From NCBI GenBank assembly GCA_963839575.1, contig CAWIVQ010000003.1, positions 2,432,601-2,496,600 on the forward strand: 64,000 nt of DNA. Direction: 5' to 3'. The translations under genes and the position numbers were made by a program. This document shows positions 44,311 through 54,736 of this stretch, piece after piece; position 1 is the stretch's first letter; each line of letters begins with the position of its first letter. This DNA is from an uncultured Actinomycetes bacterium. Its GTDB lineage: Bacteria > Actinomycetota > Acidimicrobiia > IMCC26256 > PALSA-610. A model generated the notes under the pieces. That model was not told the DNA's origin. It saw nothing but the letters and a program-made list of their open reading frames with translations, and searched no databases.

Positions 44311-45744
44311 GTGTCGCGGGAACCTTTTCGTCTCGAATACAAATGGATCGTCGCGATCGTCTTTGTATGCGGGATGTTCATGGACATCATGGACACCACC
44401 ATCGTGTTCGTCGCCACGCCGGCACTCGCGCGGGAGTTTCGCGCGACCCAGTCGGCTATTGAATGGGTCGTTCTCGGCTACCTCCTGTCGCTCGCGATCT
44501 GGATCCCGGCATCGGGATGGATCGGCGATCGGATCGGCACGAAGAAGGTGTTCCTCTTCGCGCTCGCGATGTTCACGCTGGCGTCCGCGCTGTGCGGGCA
44601 GGCGCACAGCCTGAGCGAGCTCGTCACGTTCCGCGTGTTGCAGGGCGTCGGCGGCGGCATGTTGACCCCGGTCGGGACCGCAATGTTGTTCCGCGCCTTC
44701 CCGCCGGTGGAACGGGCGAAGGCCTCGACCGTGCTGATCATCCCGACCGTGCTCGCGCCGGCGCTGGGCCCGATCGTCGGCGGTTGGCTCGTTACCGACG
44801 TGTCATGGCGCTGGATCTTCTACGTCAACTTGCCGGTCGGCGTGTTCGGTTTCGTGGTGGGCGCATTGTTCCTGCGCGAGCACCGCGAGGGCACCGCCGG
44901 AGCATTCGATCTACCCGGGTTCGTCCTCTCGGGTGCCGGATTGGCCCTCGTGCTCTACGCGCTGTCGGAAGGCCCACAAAAGGGGTGGAGCTCGACCACG
45001 GTCCTGACCACCGGGATCGTCGGTGCCGGCCTGTTCGCGCTGCTCGTGGTGGTGGAGGCGAAGGTCGACGCACCGATGCTCACGCTGCGCCTGTATCGAG
45101 AACGGATGTTCCGCAACGCCAACATCGTGTTGACACTTACCTACGGCAGCTTCGCCGGCGTGTTGTACGTCCTGCCGTTGTTCCTGCAGGACCTGCGCGG
45201 CCTGAGCGCGCTGCAGTCGGGCCTGACGACGTTCCCGCAGGCCATCGGCGTGATCGTCTCGAGCCAACTCGTCGGCCGGCTCTACCACCGGATCGGACCC
45301 CGCCGCCTCATCTTTTGGGGAATGGTCGGCATGGCGGCCGTGACGATCATGCTCGCCGTCGTCGGCGTGCACACGGATCTCTGGTGGATCCGCCTGATCA
45401 TGTTCGGCCGCGGCATCTGCATGGCCTTCGCCTTCGTCCCGCTGCAGGCGGCGACGTACGCGAACATCACTCCCGCGGACACGGGCCGCGCGTCGGCGAT
45501 CTATTCGACGCAACGGCAGGTCGCGGCCGCGCTCGGGGTCGGCATCTTGTTGTCGGTGTTGCTGTCGGGCGCGAAGAACCAGAACCCGGCGCTCTCGGCG
45601 TACCACGCCGCATTCTTCGTCGGTGCGTGCCTGGTGGTCGTCGCCGCCCTCTCCGGACTGTTGATACGCGACGAGGACGCAGCCGCCACGATCCAGCGTT
45701 CCGGATACGGCGACGATCTCCCGGTCGCACTCGCGGGCGAGTGA
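44311..45744 (+). CDS. DHA2 (EmrB/QacA) MFS transporter
   Basis: MDTTIV, GWIGDRIG, RVLQGVGGGM, WRWIFYVNLPVG. Confidence 0.92.
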   Translation: MSREPFRLEYKWIVAIVFVCGMFMDIMDTTIVFVATPALAREFRATQSAIEWVVLGYLLSLAIWIPASGWIGDRIGTKKVFLFALAMFTLASALCGQAHSLSELVTFRVLQGVGGGMLTPVGTAMLFRAFPPVERAKASTVLIIPTVLAPALGPIVGGWLVTDVSWRWIFYVNLPVGVFGFVVGALFLREHREGTAGAFDLPGFVLSGAGLALVLYALSEGPQKGWSSTTVLTTGIVGAGLFALLVVVEAKVDAPMLTLRLYRERMFRNANIVLTLTYGSFAGVLYVLPLFLQDLRGLSALQSGLTTFPQAIGVIVSSQLVGRLYHRIGPRRLIFWGMVGMAAVTIMLAVVGVHTDLWWIRLIMFGRGICMAFAFVPLQAATYANITPADTGRASAIYSTQRQVAAALGVGILLSVLLSGAKNQNPALSAYHAAFFVGACLVVVAALSGLLIRDEDAAATIQRSGYGDDLPVALAGE

Positions 45745-45745
45745 G

Positions 45746-46474
45746 TCAGCGTTCGTTCAACCAGCGGTGCACGGGATCTTCGTGCATCGCGAGTTGGCGA
45801 GGTTCGCCGACCAGCGCCCAGAGGTAGTAGAGGCGGTAGCCCGGCGCGGCGCAGACGGGGTGATAGCCGCGCGGGATGCCGACGATGCTCCCGTGCTGGA
45901 GGAAGACCGCCTCGGCCCGGCCGTTCGCTTCGTAGAGGCCTTGGAAACCGAAGCCCTCGGGCCGGTCGAAGCGGTAGTAGTACACCTCTTCGAGCGCCGG
46001 TTCGCCGGCGGTGACGTCGTGCGGGTGCGGCGGGAACGACGACCATTGCCCGGGTTCGTTGAAGGTCTCGCCGACGAGGAGTCGCCGGGACGGGACCGCG
46101 TCGGAGATCACGTCGTGCACGTCGCGTTGCCATCCCGGTTCGCCGCCCGCTTGCACGACGACGTCGTCGGGTTGCACGAGTGTCGGATCGTCGGTCGACG
46201 CCAACTCGTACCCGATCGTCGTGACGAGCGCGAGCTCGGTGCTCGTCGTCACCTCCACCACGAGGGCGCAGTCGGGCGGGAGATACGCCGCGGTCGCGCG
46301 AGCATCGAACACCGAGCTGCGCTCGGCCGGCTCGCCGTCGAACCGGACCGCGCCCTCGAGGAGCACCAGCGCGCCCTCCTGGCCCGCGGGCGGGCTCACG
46401 ACGCGCGACTCGCCCGCGGCCAGCGACACGATCTCGAGCTGTACGTGCTCGCCGCGGTACGCCGCGTCGATCAC
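45746..46474 (-). CDS. 5-deoxy-glucuronate isomerase (IolB/KduI cupin)-like
   Basis: LLVGET, GQWSSFPPH, LEEVYYYRF, GFGFQ, PRGYHP, YYLW. Confidence 0.8.
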   Translation of the reverse strand: MIDAAYRGEHVQLEIVSLAAGESRVVSPPAGQEGALVLLEGAVRFDGEPAERSSVFDARATAAYLPPDCALVVEVTTSTELALVTTIGYELASTDDPTLVQPDDVVVQAGGEPGWQRDVHDVISDAVPSRRLLVGETFNEPGQWSSFPPHPHDVTAGEPALEEVYYYRFDRPEGFGFQGLYEANGRAEAVFLQHGSIVGIPRGYHPVCAAPGYRLYYLWALVGEPRQLAMHEDPVHRWLNER

Positions 46475-47706
46475 TGCCGAAGGCCGACCGCGTGCGGGTT
46501 CCCGGCCGGAGGCAGCGGGTGGCGGAAGAGGAGCGCCGCGTTTTCGTGGCTGATCTTCGCGATCTCGTCGGCGGGGAGGTCTCCGAACACGTCGGCGAAC
46601 ACCTGTTGCGTGTCGGGCCACGTCCCGTCGCCGTGCGGGTAGTCGGACTCGAACGTGATGTGGTCGATGCCCACGGTGTGGCGCGTGCCGAGCGTCGACG
46701 GATCGTCGAGCGTCGAGAACCAGAAGTTGCGGTGCAACACCTCGGCCGGCCGGAGCTCGCCCGGGAAGTAGTCGCCGTAGCCGGAGCGGTCGACGATGTT
46801 CTCGAGCCGGTCGTGCAACATGGCGACCCAGCCGATGCCGCCTTCGCTCATGATGATCTCGAGATCGGGATATGTGGCCGGATAGGGCGACCACAGCCAC
46901 TCCGCGCAGGCGCTGAGCGACAGCTGGCCGAAGAGGGTCGCGCCGAGCGGAACCATCGGTGCGCCGGGCGGCATGTCGGCCACGCCGGTCGACCCCACGT
47001 GCAGGCACACGACGGTGCCCGTGTCGGCGCACGCGGCGATGATCGGTTCCCACCACTTGGAGAAGATCGGTTCCATCCCGATGCGATGCGGCCTCTCCGG
47101 CAGCGTGACCGCGGTGAAGCCACGCGCCGCGTTCCGGCGGATCTCCTTGGCCGCTTCGACCGGATCGGCGAGGTACGTGATGCCCATCGGGACGATGCGG
47201 TCGGGGTGCTTCGTGAACCACTCGTCGTGGAACCAGTCGTTCCACGCTCGTGTCACCGCGAGGCCGAGCTCGGGATCGCTGCACCGCGAGAACACCGAGC
47301 CGCAGAATCCGGTGATCTGCGACGGGAAGTTGACCGATGCCCATACGCCGTTGATATCCATGTCGACGATGCGCGCGTCGACGTCGTAACAACCGGGGCG
47401 CATCTCGTCGAAGCGCGTCGGCTCGACCTTCCAGTCCTCGCGCTTGCGGCCGACGACCGCGTTCAGGCCGACTTGGAAGAAGGTCTGGCCGTCGAATCGC
47501 CACACTTCGTGGCCCTCTTCGGTCTCGACGACCTTCGGCGCGAGCTCTTGGAACTTGGCCGGGAGGCGGCCGTCGAACATGCCGGGCGGTTCGACGAGGT
47601 GGTCGTCGGTGGAGAACAGCGTGTAGCGGATCGGGCGGGGAGCGGGATCGTCTTCGAAACCGTGCGTCTCGCTCTTGCGCCAGTTGAGCCGGATCGTGTC
47701 CGCCAT
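46471..47706 (-). CDS. Amidohydrolase family protein
   Basis: STDDHLVEP, RAWNDW, CLHVG, SEGGIGW, FESDYPHGDGTWP. Confidence 0.9.
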   Translation of the reverse strand: MADTIRLNWRKSETHGFEDDPAPRPIRYTLFSTDDHLVEPPGMFDGRLPAKFQELAPKVVETEEGHEVWRFDGQTFFQVGLNAVVGRKREDWKVEPTRFDEMRPGCYDVDARIVDMDINGVWASVNFPSQITGFCGSVFSRCSDPELGLAVTRAWNDWFHDEWFTKHPDRIVPMGITYLADPVEAAKEIRRNAARGFTAVTLPERPHRIGMEPIFSKWWEPIIAACADTGTVVCLHVGSTGVADMPPGAPMVPLGATLFGQLSLSACAEWLWSPYPATYPDLEIIMSEGGIGWVAMLHDRLENIVDRSGYGDYFPGELRPAEVLHRNFWFSTLDDPSTLGTRHTVGIDHITFESDYPHGDGTWPDTQQVFADVFGDLPADEIAKISHENAALLFRHPLPPAGNPHAVGLRQ

Positions 47707-47758
47707 CCCGGCAAGGTAACGCGCGGGGAGAGCTTGTGCCCTCCCCGCGATTGCGCCG

Positions 47759-48322
47759 TTACTCCTTGACCCACTCGGCGTCGATCGTGAGCTTGACCTT
47801 GTCGCTCACGAGAACGCCGCCGGTCTCGAGCGCCACGTTCCATTCGAGGCCCCACTCCTTGCGGCTGACCTCGGTCTCGGCGGTGAAGCCGATCCGGGTG
47901 TCACCCCACGGCGACGCCTGTGTGCCGAGGTACTCGCCCTTCAGGGTCACCGGACGGGTGACGCCTTTGACGGTGAGGTCGCCGTCGAGCGTGAACTCGC
48001 CGTCGCCGTGGTTCTCCACGCGGTTCGAGCGGAACGTCACGGTGGGGAACGTCGCGGCGTCGAAGAAGTCGGCCGAGCGGAGGTGCTCGTCGCGCTTGGG
48101 GTCGCCGCTGTCGACGGCGTTGACGTCGATCGTCGCCTCGACCACCGACTGCGTGGGATCCTCGGCGACCACGAGCTTGCCCGCCGTCACCGGGAAGCGG
48201 CCGCGGACCTTGGTGACCATCAGGTGGCGGGCGCTGAACGACACGTGGGAGTGGCTTTGGTCGAGGGCGTACGATCCGGCGGTAGGGATGTTTTGTACGG
48301 CTTGTGACGATGTGGTGGTCAT
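47759..48322 (-). CDS. YceI family protein
   Basis: LDQSHSHVSF, RDEHLRSADFFD, GDLTVKGVTRPV. Confidence 0.92.
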   Translation of the reverse strand: MTTTSSQAVQNIPTAGSYALDQSHSHVSFSARHLMVTKVRGRFPVTAGKLVVAEDPTQSVVEATIDVNAVDSGDPKRDEHLRSADFFDAATFPTVTFRSNRVENHGDGEFTLDGDLTVKGVTRPVTLKGEYLGTQASPWGDTRIGFTAETEVSRKEWGLEWNVALETGGVLVSDKVKLTIDAEWVKE

Positions 48323-48358
48323 CTTGGGACTCCTGTCGAGTATCTGTCGGGCGCAATC

Positions 48359-48399
48359 GTTGCGTGCGCAACTGGGTAGTACAAGCTTGCGGACGCAAG
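48359..48399. promoter_or_regulatory. Two 14-bp palindromes TTGCG-NN-CGCAA, probable MarR operators
   Basis: GTTGCGTGCGCAAC (48359-48372) and CTTGCGGACGCAAG (48386-48399) between divergent yceI and marR. Confidence 0.65.
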
Positions 48400-48430
48400 A
48401 ACTATTCCCTGCTCCCGGTAGGGTCCCGCG

Positions 48431-48943
48431 ATGAGCGAGGCCGAAGTGATCCCGGACGCGGCATGGCTCACCGAGCCGCAGATGTTCGCCTGGCGAAACC
48501 TCGTCCGGGCGTCGACGGGCCTGCTCGCGACACTCGACAACGAGCTGCAGGCCGAGCACGGAATCAGCCTCGGTGACTACGAGGTGCTGCACTTCCTCTC
48601 GGAGGCCCCGGCCCATGCGATTCGCATGAGCGAACTGGCGGGGCACCTGCATCTCTCGCCGAGCGGGATCACCCGGCGCGTCGACGGGCTCGTGAAGGGC
48701 GGGCTCGTCGAGCGGCGCCCGTGCCCGAGCGATCGTCGCGGCTCGAACGCCGTGCTCACCGAGCGCGGAGTGGAGACGCTGCGCACCGCGGCGCCGACCC
48801 ACGTGCGCGGTGTCCGCCGCCACTTCGTCGACCGGCTGAGCGCGGCGCAGCTCGCCCAGGTTGCCGACGCGCTCTCGATGGTCGACGTCGACGAGCAGTT
48901 CGCGGCCGGCGGTTGCGACAGCATCGACACGCCGCGCGCGTGA
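48431..48943 (+). CDS. MarR family transcriptional regulator
   Basis: YEVL...RMSELA...SGITRRVDGL...DRRG. Confidence 0.92.
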   Translation: MSEAEVIPDAAWLTEPQMFAWRNLVRASTGLLATLDNELQAEHGISLGDYEVLHFLSEAPAHAIRMSELAGHLHLSPSGITRRVDGLVKGGLVERRPCPSDRRGSNAVLTERGVETLRTAAPTHVRGVRRHFVDRLSAAQLAQVADALSMVDVDEQFAAGGCDSIDTPRA

Positions 48944-48956
48944 ACGAGCGCCGAAG

Positions 48957-49580
48957 TTACAAGGCCCACGCCGGCGCGCCAGTGGGCGTCGAGCGCGGCG
49001 CACGCGAGATGTTCGTGATGGTGATGCCACTCGTCGGCGTGCATGTCGTCGATCGCACGCCACGCGACGGTGTGGACTTCGTGGAGCTGCGGTGTCAACC
49101 GGCCGCCGGTGATCGAACACCGGTACACGATCGAGACTGTTCCGTGCGGGTGCTCGCCGGCGCGCGCGGGGCGGAAGAACACGCCCACCAGACCCTCGAT
49201 GCGCGCCTGGAGTCCGGCCTCCTCCGCGAGCTCGCGCAGCACCGTGTCTGCCGGTGACTCGTTCGGGTCGACCCAGCCCACGATGAGGCCCCACTTGTCG
49301 TCGTCGGCGCGATGCACGAGCAGGATGCGGTCCCGATCGTCGAAGACGGCTGCGTCGGCGCCGACCTTGGCCGTCGCGTATCCGACTTCGGCCGCGAAGC
49401 GCTTACCCACCGCAGCACGGTCGATCGTCGTACGCGCCGCGTACTCGCGTTGCGCAGCCGTCAAAGCTTGGTGTATCGCTCACGATCGAACGGGTTCTCG
49501 CTGTAGTGCAGACCCGTCCGCGCGATCGCCTGGACCTCGTCGATGAGGGCGTAGACGTCGAGCGGTTGCTCTGCAGTCAC
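48957..49580 (-). CDS. NUDIX hydrolase with N-terminal domain (frameshift ~49460; end approximate)
   Basis: [18 protein letters not shown]; GWVDPNESP...RELAEEAG Nudix box. Confidence 0.8.
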
Positions 49581-50492
49581 CGGTCTGCGCCGGCCATCCA
49601 GTCGGCGACGACCTGTGCCAGCTCGGCGCCCTTGTCTTCTTGCAGGAAGTGGCCGCCGCCCACGATCGTCGTGTGCGGTTGACCGGCACAGCCCGGCACG
49701 TCGCGGTCGAACGCGCGGTCGCCACCCCGGGTGATGGGGTCCTGGTCGGAGAACGCGGTCAGGAAGGGTTTTTCCCAGGCCCGCAGCACGTCCCAGGCGT
49801 TGCGGTTCGCGGCCGACGCGGGGTCGTCCGGTGCGGTCGGCACGAGTAGCGGGAACTGCCGAGCTCCGGCTTTGTAGGTGTCGTCGGGGAACGGAGCGTC
49901 GTACGCGGCAACGACCGCGTCGGCCGGCTCGGAGTGGCACCCCGAGCCGACGATGAACCCGACCGCGAAGTCGTCCACCGTCTGGGAGAAGCGCTGCCAA
50001 CCGAGGAAGGCCTCGCCGGGCGGAGTGTCGCCCGTGGGCAAGAAGGTGTTCGCGGCGACGACTCGAGCGAACCGGTCGGGATGCTCGCCGACGAGGCGGA
50101 GGCCGATCAGGCCACCCCAGTCCTGGCACACGAGGGTGACGTCGTGGAGGTCGAGCGCGTCGAACATTGCGGCGCGCATCCATTCCACATGACGCGCGTA
50201 CGTGTAGTCGGTGCGTTCGGTCGGCTTGTCGGAGCGCCCGAAGCCCACGAGGTCGGGGGCGATGCAGCGCAGGCCGGCTGCGGCGAGCACGGGGATCATC
50301 TTGCGGTAGAGGAAGCACCACGAGGGTTCGCCGTGCATCAACAGGACGATCCGGCGCCGAGCCCGGACCCTCGTCGAGGTAGTGGACGCGCAGCGTGGCG
50401 CCTTCGCCGTCGGGCACCTCGACGTAGTTGGGCGCGAAGGGGAAGTCGGGCAGGCCGTCGAAGCGATCGTCGGGTGTGCGTAGCGCCTTCAT
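49577..50492 (-). CDS. Haloalkane dehalogenase (frameshift ~50350)
   Basis: [34 protein letters not shown]. Confidence 0.92.
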
Positions 50493-50618
50493 CAAGCGGG
50501 TCCTCTGTTCGTGTACCTCCGACACAAGCACGCGTGAACGTACTGCCCGGCACGACCGACCAACAATGCGCACGGAATCGCGTGCAACGGCGACGACGGC
50601 CGTTCGACGTCTTCGGTG

Positions 50619-51264
50619 CTACGGCCGGGCGTAGCGCTCGACGTAGCGGGGCGGGGCCGCCGAGATTCCGGGTTCCGGCACCGGTGTGCCGAAGGCGGCG
50701 CGCACGGGGAGTTGCCCGGCCCAGACGGGCAGCGCCAGATCGGCTTCGTCGTCGACAGGGCCGCCGCTGCGCGCCTTGGCCGACGCCTCGTCGATCACCA
50801 GTCGCGCCACGGTGGTCGAGCGGAGCTCCGAATCGGTCGGCGGCCGGGCATCGTTCGTGCGCCCGGGCACGATGTGTTCGACCAGTGCTGCGAGCGCCGC
50901 CCGCTTCTCCTCGTCGTCGTCGACGATCGTCGCCCGGCCGAACACCATGACGGAGCGATAGTTCATCGAGTGGTGAAACGCGGAGCGGGCGAGCACGAGC
51001 CCGTCGACGATGGTGATCGTCACACACGCCTCGATCTCGCCGGCGAGCGAGCGCAGCATGTGGTTGGCGACCGCGCCGTGGAGATAGAGCCGGTCACCGA
51101 TCCGGGCGTGGATGGTCGGAACGACCCATGGCCGACCGTCGACCGCGAAGCCGACGTGGCACGAGAGGGCCTCGTCGACGACCGCGTAGACGAGGTCCCG
51201 GTCGTAGCTCGCCGCGTTTCGCGAGGCGGCGGACCCTGGTGCGGTCGGTCGGAACGATCTGCAT
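50619..51264 (-). CDS. Pyridoxamine 5'-phosphate oxidase-related FMN-binding protein (frameshift ~51215)
   Basis: CHVGF, LYLHG, DGLVLARSAFHHSMNYRS. Confidence 0.88.
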
Positions 51265-51332
51265 GGGACAACGGTAGGTTTTGCCGCCGCTCCGGCGGGC
51301 GCATTTTCGGGCGGCTGTGCGAAAGTACCGGT

Positions 51333-52519
51333 ATGGCCACCGATCGGGTACGCATGGGGATCGTCGGTACCGGCAACATCGCGACGCTGAACGTCCCGGG
51401 GTACCTCGAGCACGCGCAGTGCGACGTCGTGGCGGTGTGCGACCCCCGGCCCGAGGTGCTCGAGCGCCGGATGGCCGAGTGGGGAGTCGAGCGCGGCTAC
51501 ACGGAGCTCGGCGAATTGCTCGCCGACGACGACATCGACGCGGTCGAGATACTCAGCCCGACGCCGCTGCACGCCGAGCACGCAATCGCCGCGCTGCGCG
51601 CCGGCAAGCACGTCTCGTGCCAGAAGCCGATCGCGAACGACGTGGGCGACGCGCGCCGGATGATGGAAGCGGCGCACACGTCTGACCGCGTGTTCCGGGT
51701 CACCGAGAATTGCTGTCACTACCCGCCCCTGCGCAAGGCCCGCGATCTCATTCGCGAAGGTGCGATCGGCACGCCGACGGTGGTGCGGATCAAGACGGTC
51801 GTGGGGCGGACGGAGTCGCGGTTCCAGGCCAGTCTGGACCCGGCCGGATACTCGTGGCGCTTCAACGCCGAGAGCCCGGGCGGCCACCTCTTCGACGACG
51901 TCATGCACAAGTACGCGATGGCGTTGTGGCTCGTCGACACCGACATCCGCAGCGTGCAATCCGTTGCGCGTCAGGGCCCGCTGTTCTTCGAGGCGCCGAC
52001 GGTCGCGCTCTTCGAGTACGCCGCGACGACCTGCTCGGCATGATGGAGGTCTCGTACACGCCCGACATGTTCATCCGCAGCGACTACTACGGCGCCGACG
52101 AGTTCTTCGAGATCCAAGGGACACGCGGGTTCATCTGGGTGACCCGGCTCTGTGGGAACCTGCACCTCTCGTTGCCGCCGGTCGTGCTCTACGAAGAGGA
52201 CGGCCGTCAGACGTCTTTCGCCGAGCTCGACGCGTCGTACGACGGATCGTTCCGGCGCTCCGCGACCGCGTTCGTCGACGGGCTGCTCGCCGGAGAGGCG
52301 CCCGATCTCGACCCCGCGACCGCGACCCGCGCCCTGCAGCTCTGCTTCGCGGTGTACCAGGCGTCGAACGAGCGCCGGCCGGTCGACCTCTCGAGCATCG
52401 ACGGCCGGGTGAGTCCCAACGGCTGGCCGCCCACGGAGGAGAAGCTGCGCGGCGACGTCGAGGAGATGTTCCGGCGTGAGGCCGCCCGGGCCGAGCGTCT
52501 CGGTCCCGGGCATTCCTAG
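51333..52519 (+). CDS. Gfo/Idh/MocA oxidoreductase (frameshift ~52020)
   Basis: GIVGTGNIA, GKHVSCQKP, GGHLFDDVMH. Confidence 0.88.
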
Positions 52520-52529
52520 CCCGGGACCG
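52501..52529 (+). terminator. 11-bp GC stem-loop at the end of the oxidoreductase gene
   Basis: CGGTCCCGGGC-attccta-GCCCGGGACCG; no U-tract. Confidence 0.35.
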
Positions 52530-52532
52530 AAC

Positions 52533-53438
52533 GTGAATTCCTTCATCGACAAGCACGCTCATGCCCGTGGTCGCGCTCTGGTGTTCGCTCTCGTGGCGAA
52601 CGCCTTGTTCCTCGCGGTCGAGGTGATCGGCGGATTCGCCTTCGGATCGCTCGCGTTGCTTGCCGATGCCGCGCACATGGCGACCGACGTGGTGGCACTG
52701 GCCGTCGCCTACGCGGCGCTGCGCATCACGCAACGCCCACCGACCGAACGCCACACGTTCGGGTTCGGCCGCACGGAGGTGCTCGTCGCGCAGGGTAACG
52801 GCCTGCTCCTGTTCTCCGGGGCGATCGTGGTGATCATCGAGGCCGTTCGCCGCTTCGGTTCTCCCCACGACGTCACCGCCTCGGGTGTCTTGGTGGTCGG
52901 TTCCATCGGGCTCTTCGTCAACGTGGTGAGTGCGGGCGCGCTCTTCCGCCACGCACACGGCAACATGAACATCCGCGGCGCGTTCTTGCACCTCTTCACC
53001 GATGCCCTGGGCTCGATCGGTGTGATCGTCGCCGGCGCCGGCGTCGCGATCTTCGGAGCGCTCTGGCTCGACCCCGCCGCTTCGATCCTGATCTCGGTGT
53101 TGGTGATCGGCGGTGCCTGGCAGCTGCTCCGCGACGCGGCTCGGGTGCTGCTCGAAGCCGTGCCGGCAGGCCTCGACGTCACCGCGGTGCGCAACGCGCT
53201 CTCGTCCGAACCGGGCGTCGAAGCGGTGCATCACCTGCATCTGTGGACGACCGGGAGCGAGCAGGCCGCGCTGTCCGCGCACGTCGTGCTCGGCGGAGCG
53301 CTCAGCCTGCACGATGCCCAGCTCCACACGGGCGCGCTGAAGCGCATGCTGGCATCGACGTTCGGGATCGAACACTCGACCCTCGAAGTCGAATGTCACG
53401 CGTGCCTCGACGACGAGGCGCACGAACAGCCGCGCTAG
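52533..53438 (+). CDS. Cation diffusion facilitator (CzcD/ZitB-like)
   Basis: SLALLADAAHMATD, TFGFGRTE, HLFTDALGS, HHLHLW. Confidence 0.92.
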   Translation: MNSFIDKHAHARGRALVFALVANALFLAVEVIGGFAFGSLALLADAAHMATDVVALAVAYAALRITQRPPTERHTFGFGRTEVLVAQGNGLLLFSGAIVVIIEAVRRFGSPHDVTASGVLVVGSIGLFVNVVSAGALFRHAHGNMNIRGAFLHLFTDALGSIGVIVAGAGVAIFGALWLDPAASILISVLVIGGAWQLLRDAARVLLEAVPAGLDVTAVRNALSSEPGVEAVHHLHLWTTGSEQAALSAHVVLGGALSLHDAQLHTGALKRMLASTFGIEHSTLEVECHACLDDEAHEQPR

Positions 53439-54192
53439 GCGTCGAGGGTCTCGACCCGCTCACGCAGGCGGATGAGCGTGCCGCGAGCAGACGGGAAACG
53501 TGCATCTGGCTGATGCCGACTTCTTCGGCGATCTCGGTCTGGGTCTTGTCGTGGAAGAAACGCAGCTCGACGATCGTGCGCTCGCGCTCGGTCAGGTCGC
53601 CAAGAACGGTATCGAGCAGCACGCGGTGTTCGGCGAGGTCGAAGCCCTGGTCGTCGGTGCCGAGACGGCGCTCGACCGAAGTCGGGTCGGCGCTCTCGCC
53701 GGCACACGTGTCGAGTGACGACGATCGGTACGCGCCACCCACCTCCATCGCTTCCAGCACCTCTTCCTCTGCGACACCGAGCTCGGCCGCGACCTCCGGG
53801 ACGCGCGGCGTGCGCGAGAGCCGTTGGGAGAGGTCGTTGATCACGCTGCCGAGTCGGAGATGCAGCTCCTGCGGGCGACGGGGCACACGGACAGACCAGG
53901 TCTTGTCGCGGAAGTGGCGCTTCAGCTCACCTTCGACGGTGACCGTCGCGTAGGTCGAGAACTCGAGGTTGCGTTCGGGGTCGAATCGCTCGACGGCCTT
54001 CAACATGCCGAGGTACGCGACCTGGAGCAGATCGTCGAAGGGCTCGCCGCGGTTCGCGTAGCGGCGCGCGAGATGTGAAGCCAGCGACTTGTGCGCTTCG
54101 ATCAGTTCGTTGCGAAGCTTGCGTTCGCCGGTTCGCCGGTACTCGACGAACTTCGCCCGCGATTCGGCGCGCTCCTCCGCGGAGAGCGCCAT
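53435..54192 (-). CDS. SigB/SigF family RNA polymerase sigma factor (frameshift ~53490)
   Basis: DDLLQVA, KAVERFDP, GELKRHFRD, TQTEIAEEVGISQMHVSRL. Confidence 0.93.
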
Positions 54193-54193
54193 T

Positions 54194-54580
54194 TCAGATC
54201 AGAGGCCGGCGGGTGACGCACGAGAAGGAGACGAAGCCGTCGTCCGTCCGGAGTTCGTAGTCGTCGATGACGGCCTTGAGGATCTGCGCGGTCAGGGCTT
54301 CGACGCCGACTTCGGCGCCGTCGGCGACGGGCGCGCGGCCCGTCACGCGGAGTTCGCTGTCGGTCGTGAAGAACGTGAGCTCGAGCGTGCCGGGCGCGGC
54401 GACTTCGATCGCCATGCTCGCGAGCTCGTCGAGTGCGACGCGAAAGTTCTCGATCTCCTCGACGTCGAATCCGAGCCGGCTGGCGACGCCGGATCCCGTG
54501 AGACGGATGATGCGGACGTACTCCAACGCGACGGGAACGCTCAGCCGTACGGCGTCTTCTCGAGGCTCGGCCGCGTCCAT
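54194..54580 (-). CDS. Anti-sigma factor (RsbW/UsfX-like)
   Basis: YVRIIRL...GFDVEEIENFRVALDE; immediately upstream of the sigma gene. Confidence 0.8.
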   Translation of the reverse strand: MDAAEPREDAVRLSVPVALEYVRIIRLTGSGVASRLGFDVEEIENFRVALDELASMAIEVAAPGTLELTFFTTDSELRVTGRAPVADGAEVGVEALTAQILKAVIDDYELRTDDGFVSFSCVTRRPLI

Positions 54581-54696
54581 TGCCTAGGCCTCGATCACGC
54601 CGTGCGTGTCGTCGCGAACGGTTGCGAACATCTGGTCGGGCCGTACTGCTCGATCGTTCACGGTGCCCATCCTCTCGCCGAACCCTTTCGACGAAC

Positions 54697-54722
54697 GTAC
54701 CACGTTGGACTGAGACGTAAAC
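54697..54722 (-). promoter_or_regulatory. SigB/SigF-type promoter (GTTT-N16-TGGTAC)
   Basis: Near-match to the GTTT-N15-17-GGGTA consensus upstream of rsbW-sigF. Confidence 0.45.
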
Positions 54723-54736
54723 AACCTCCGTCAGCT

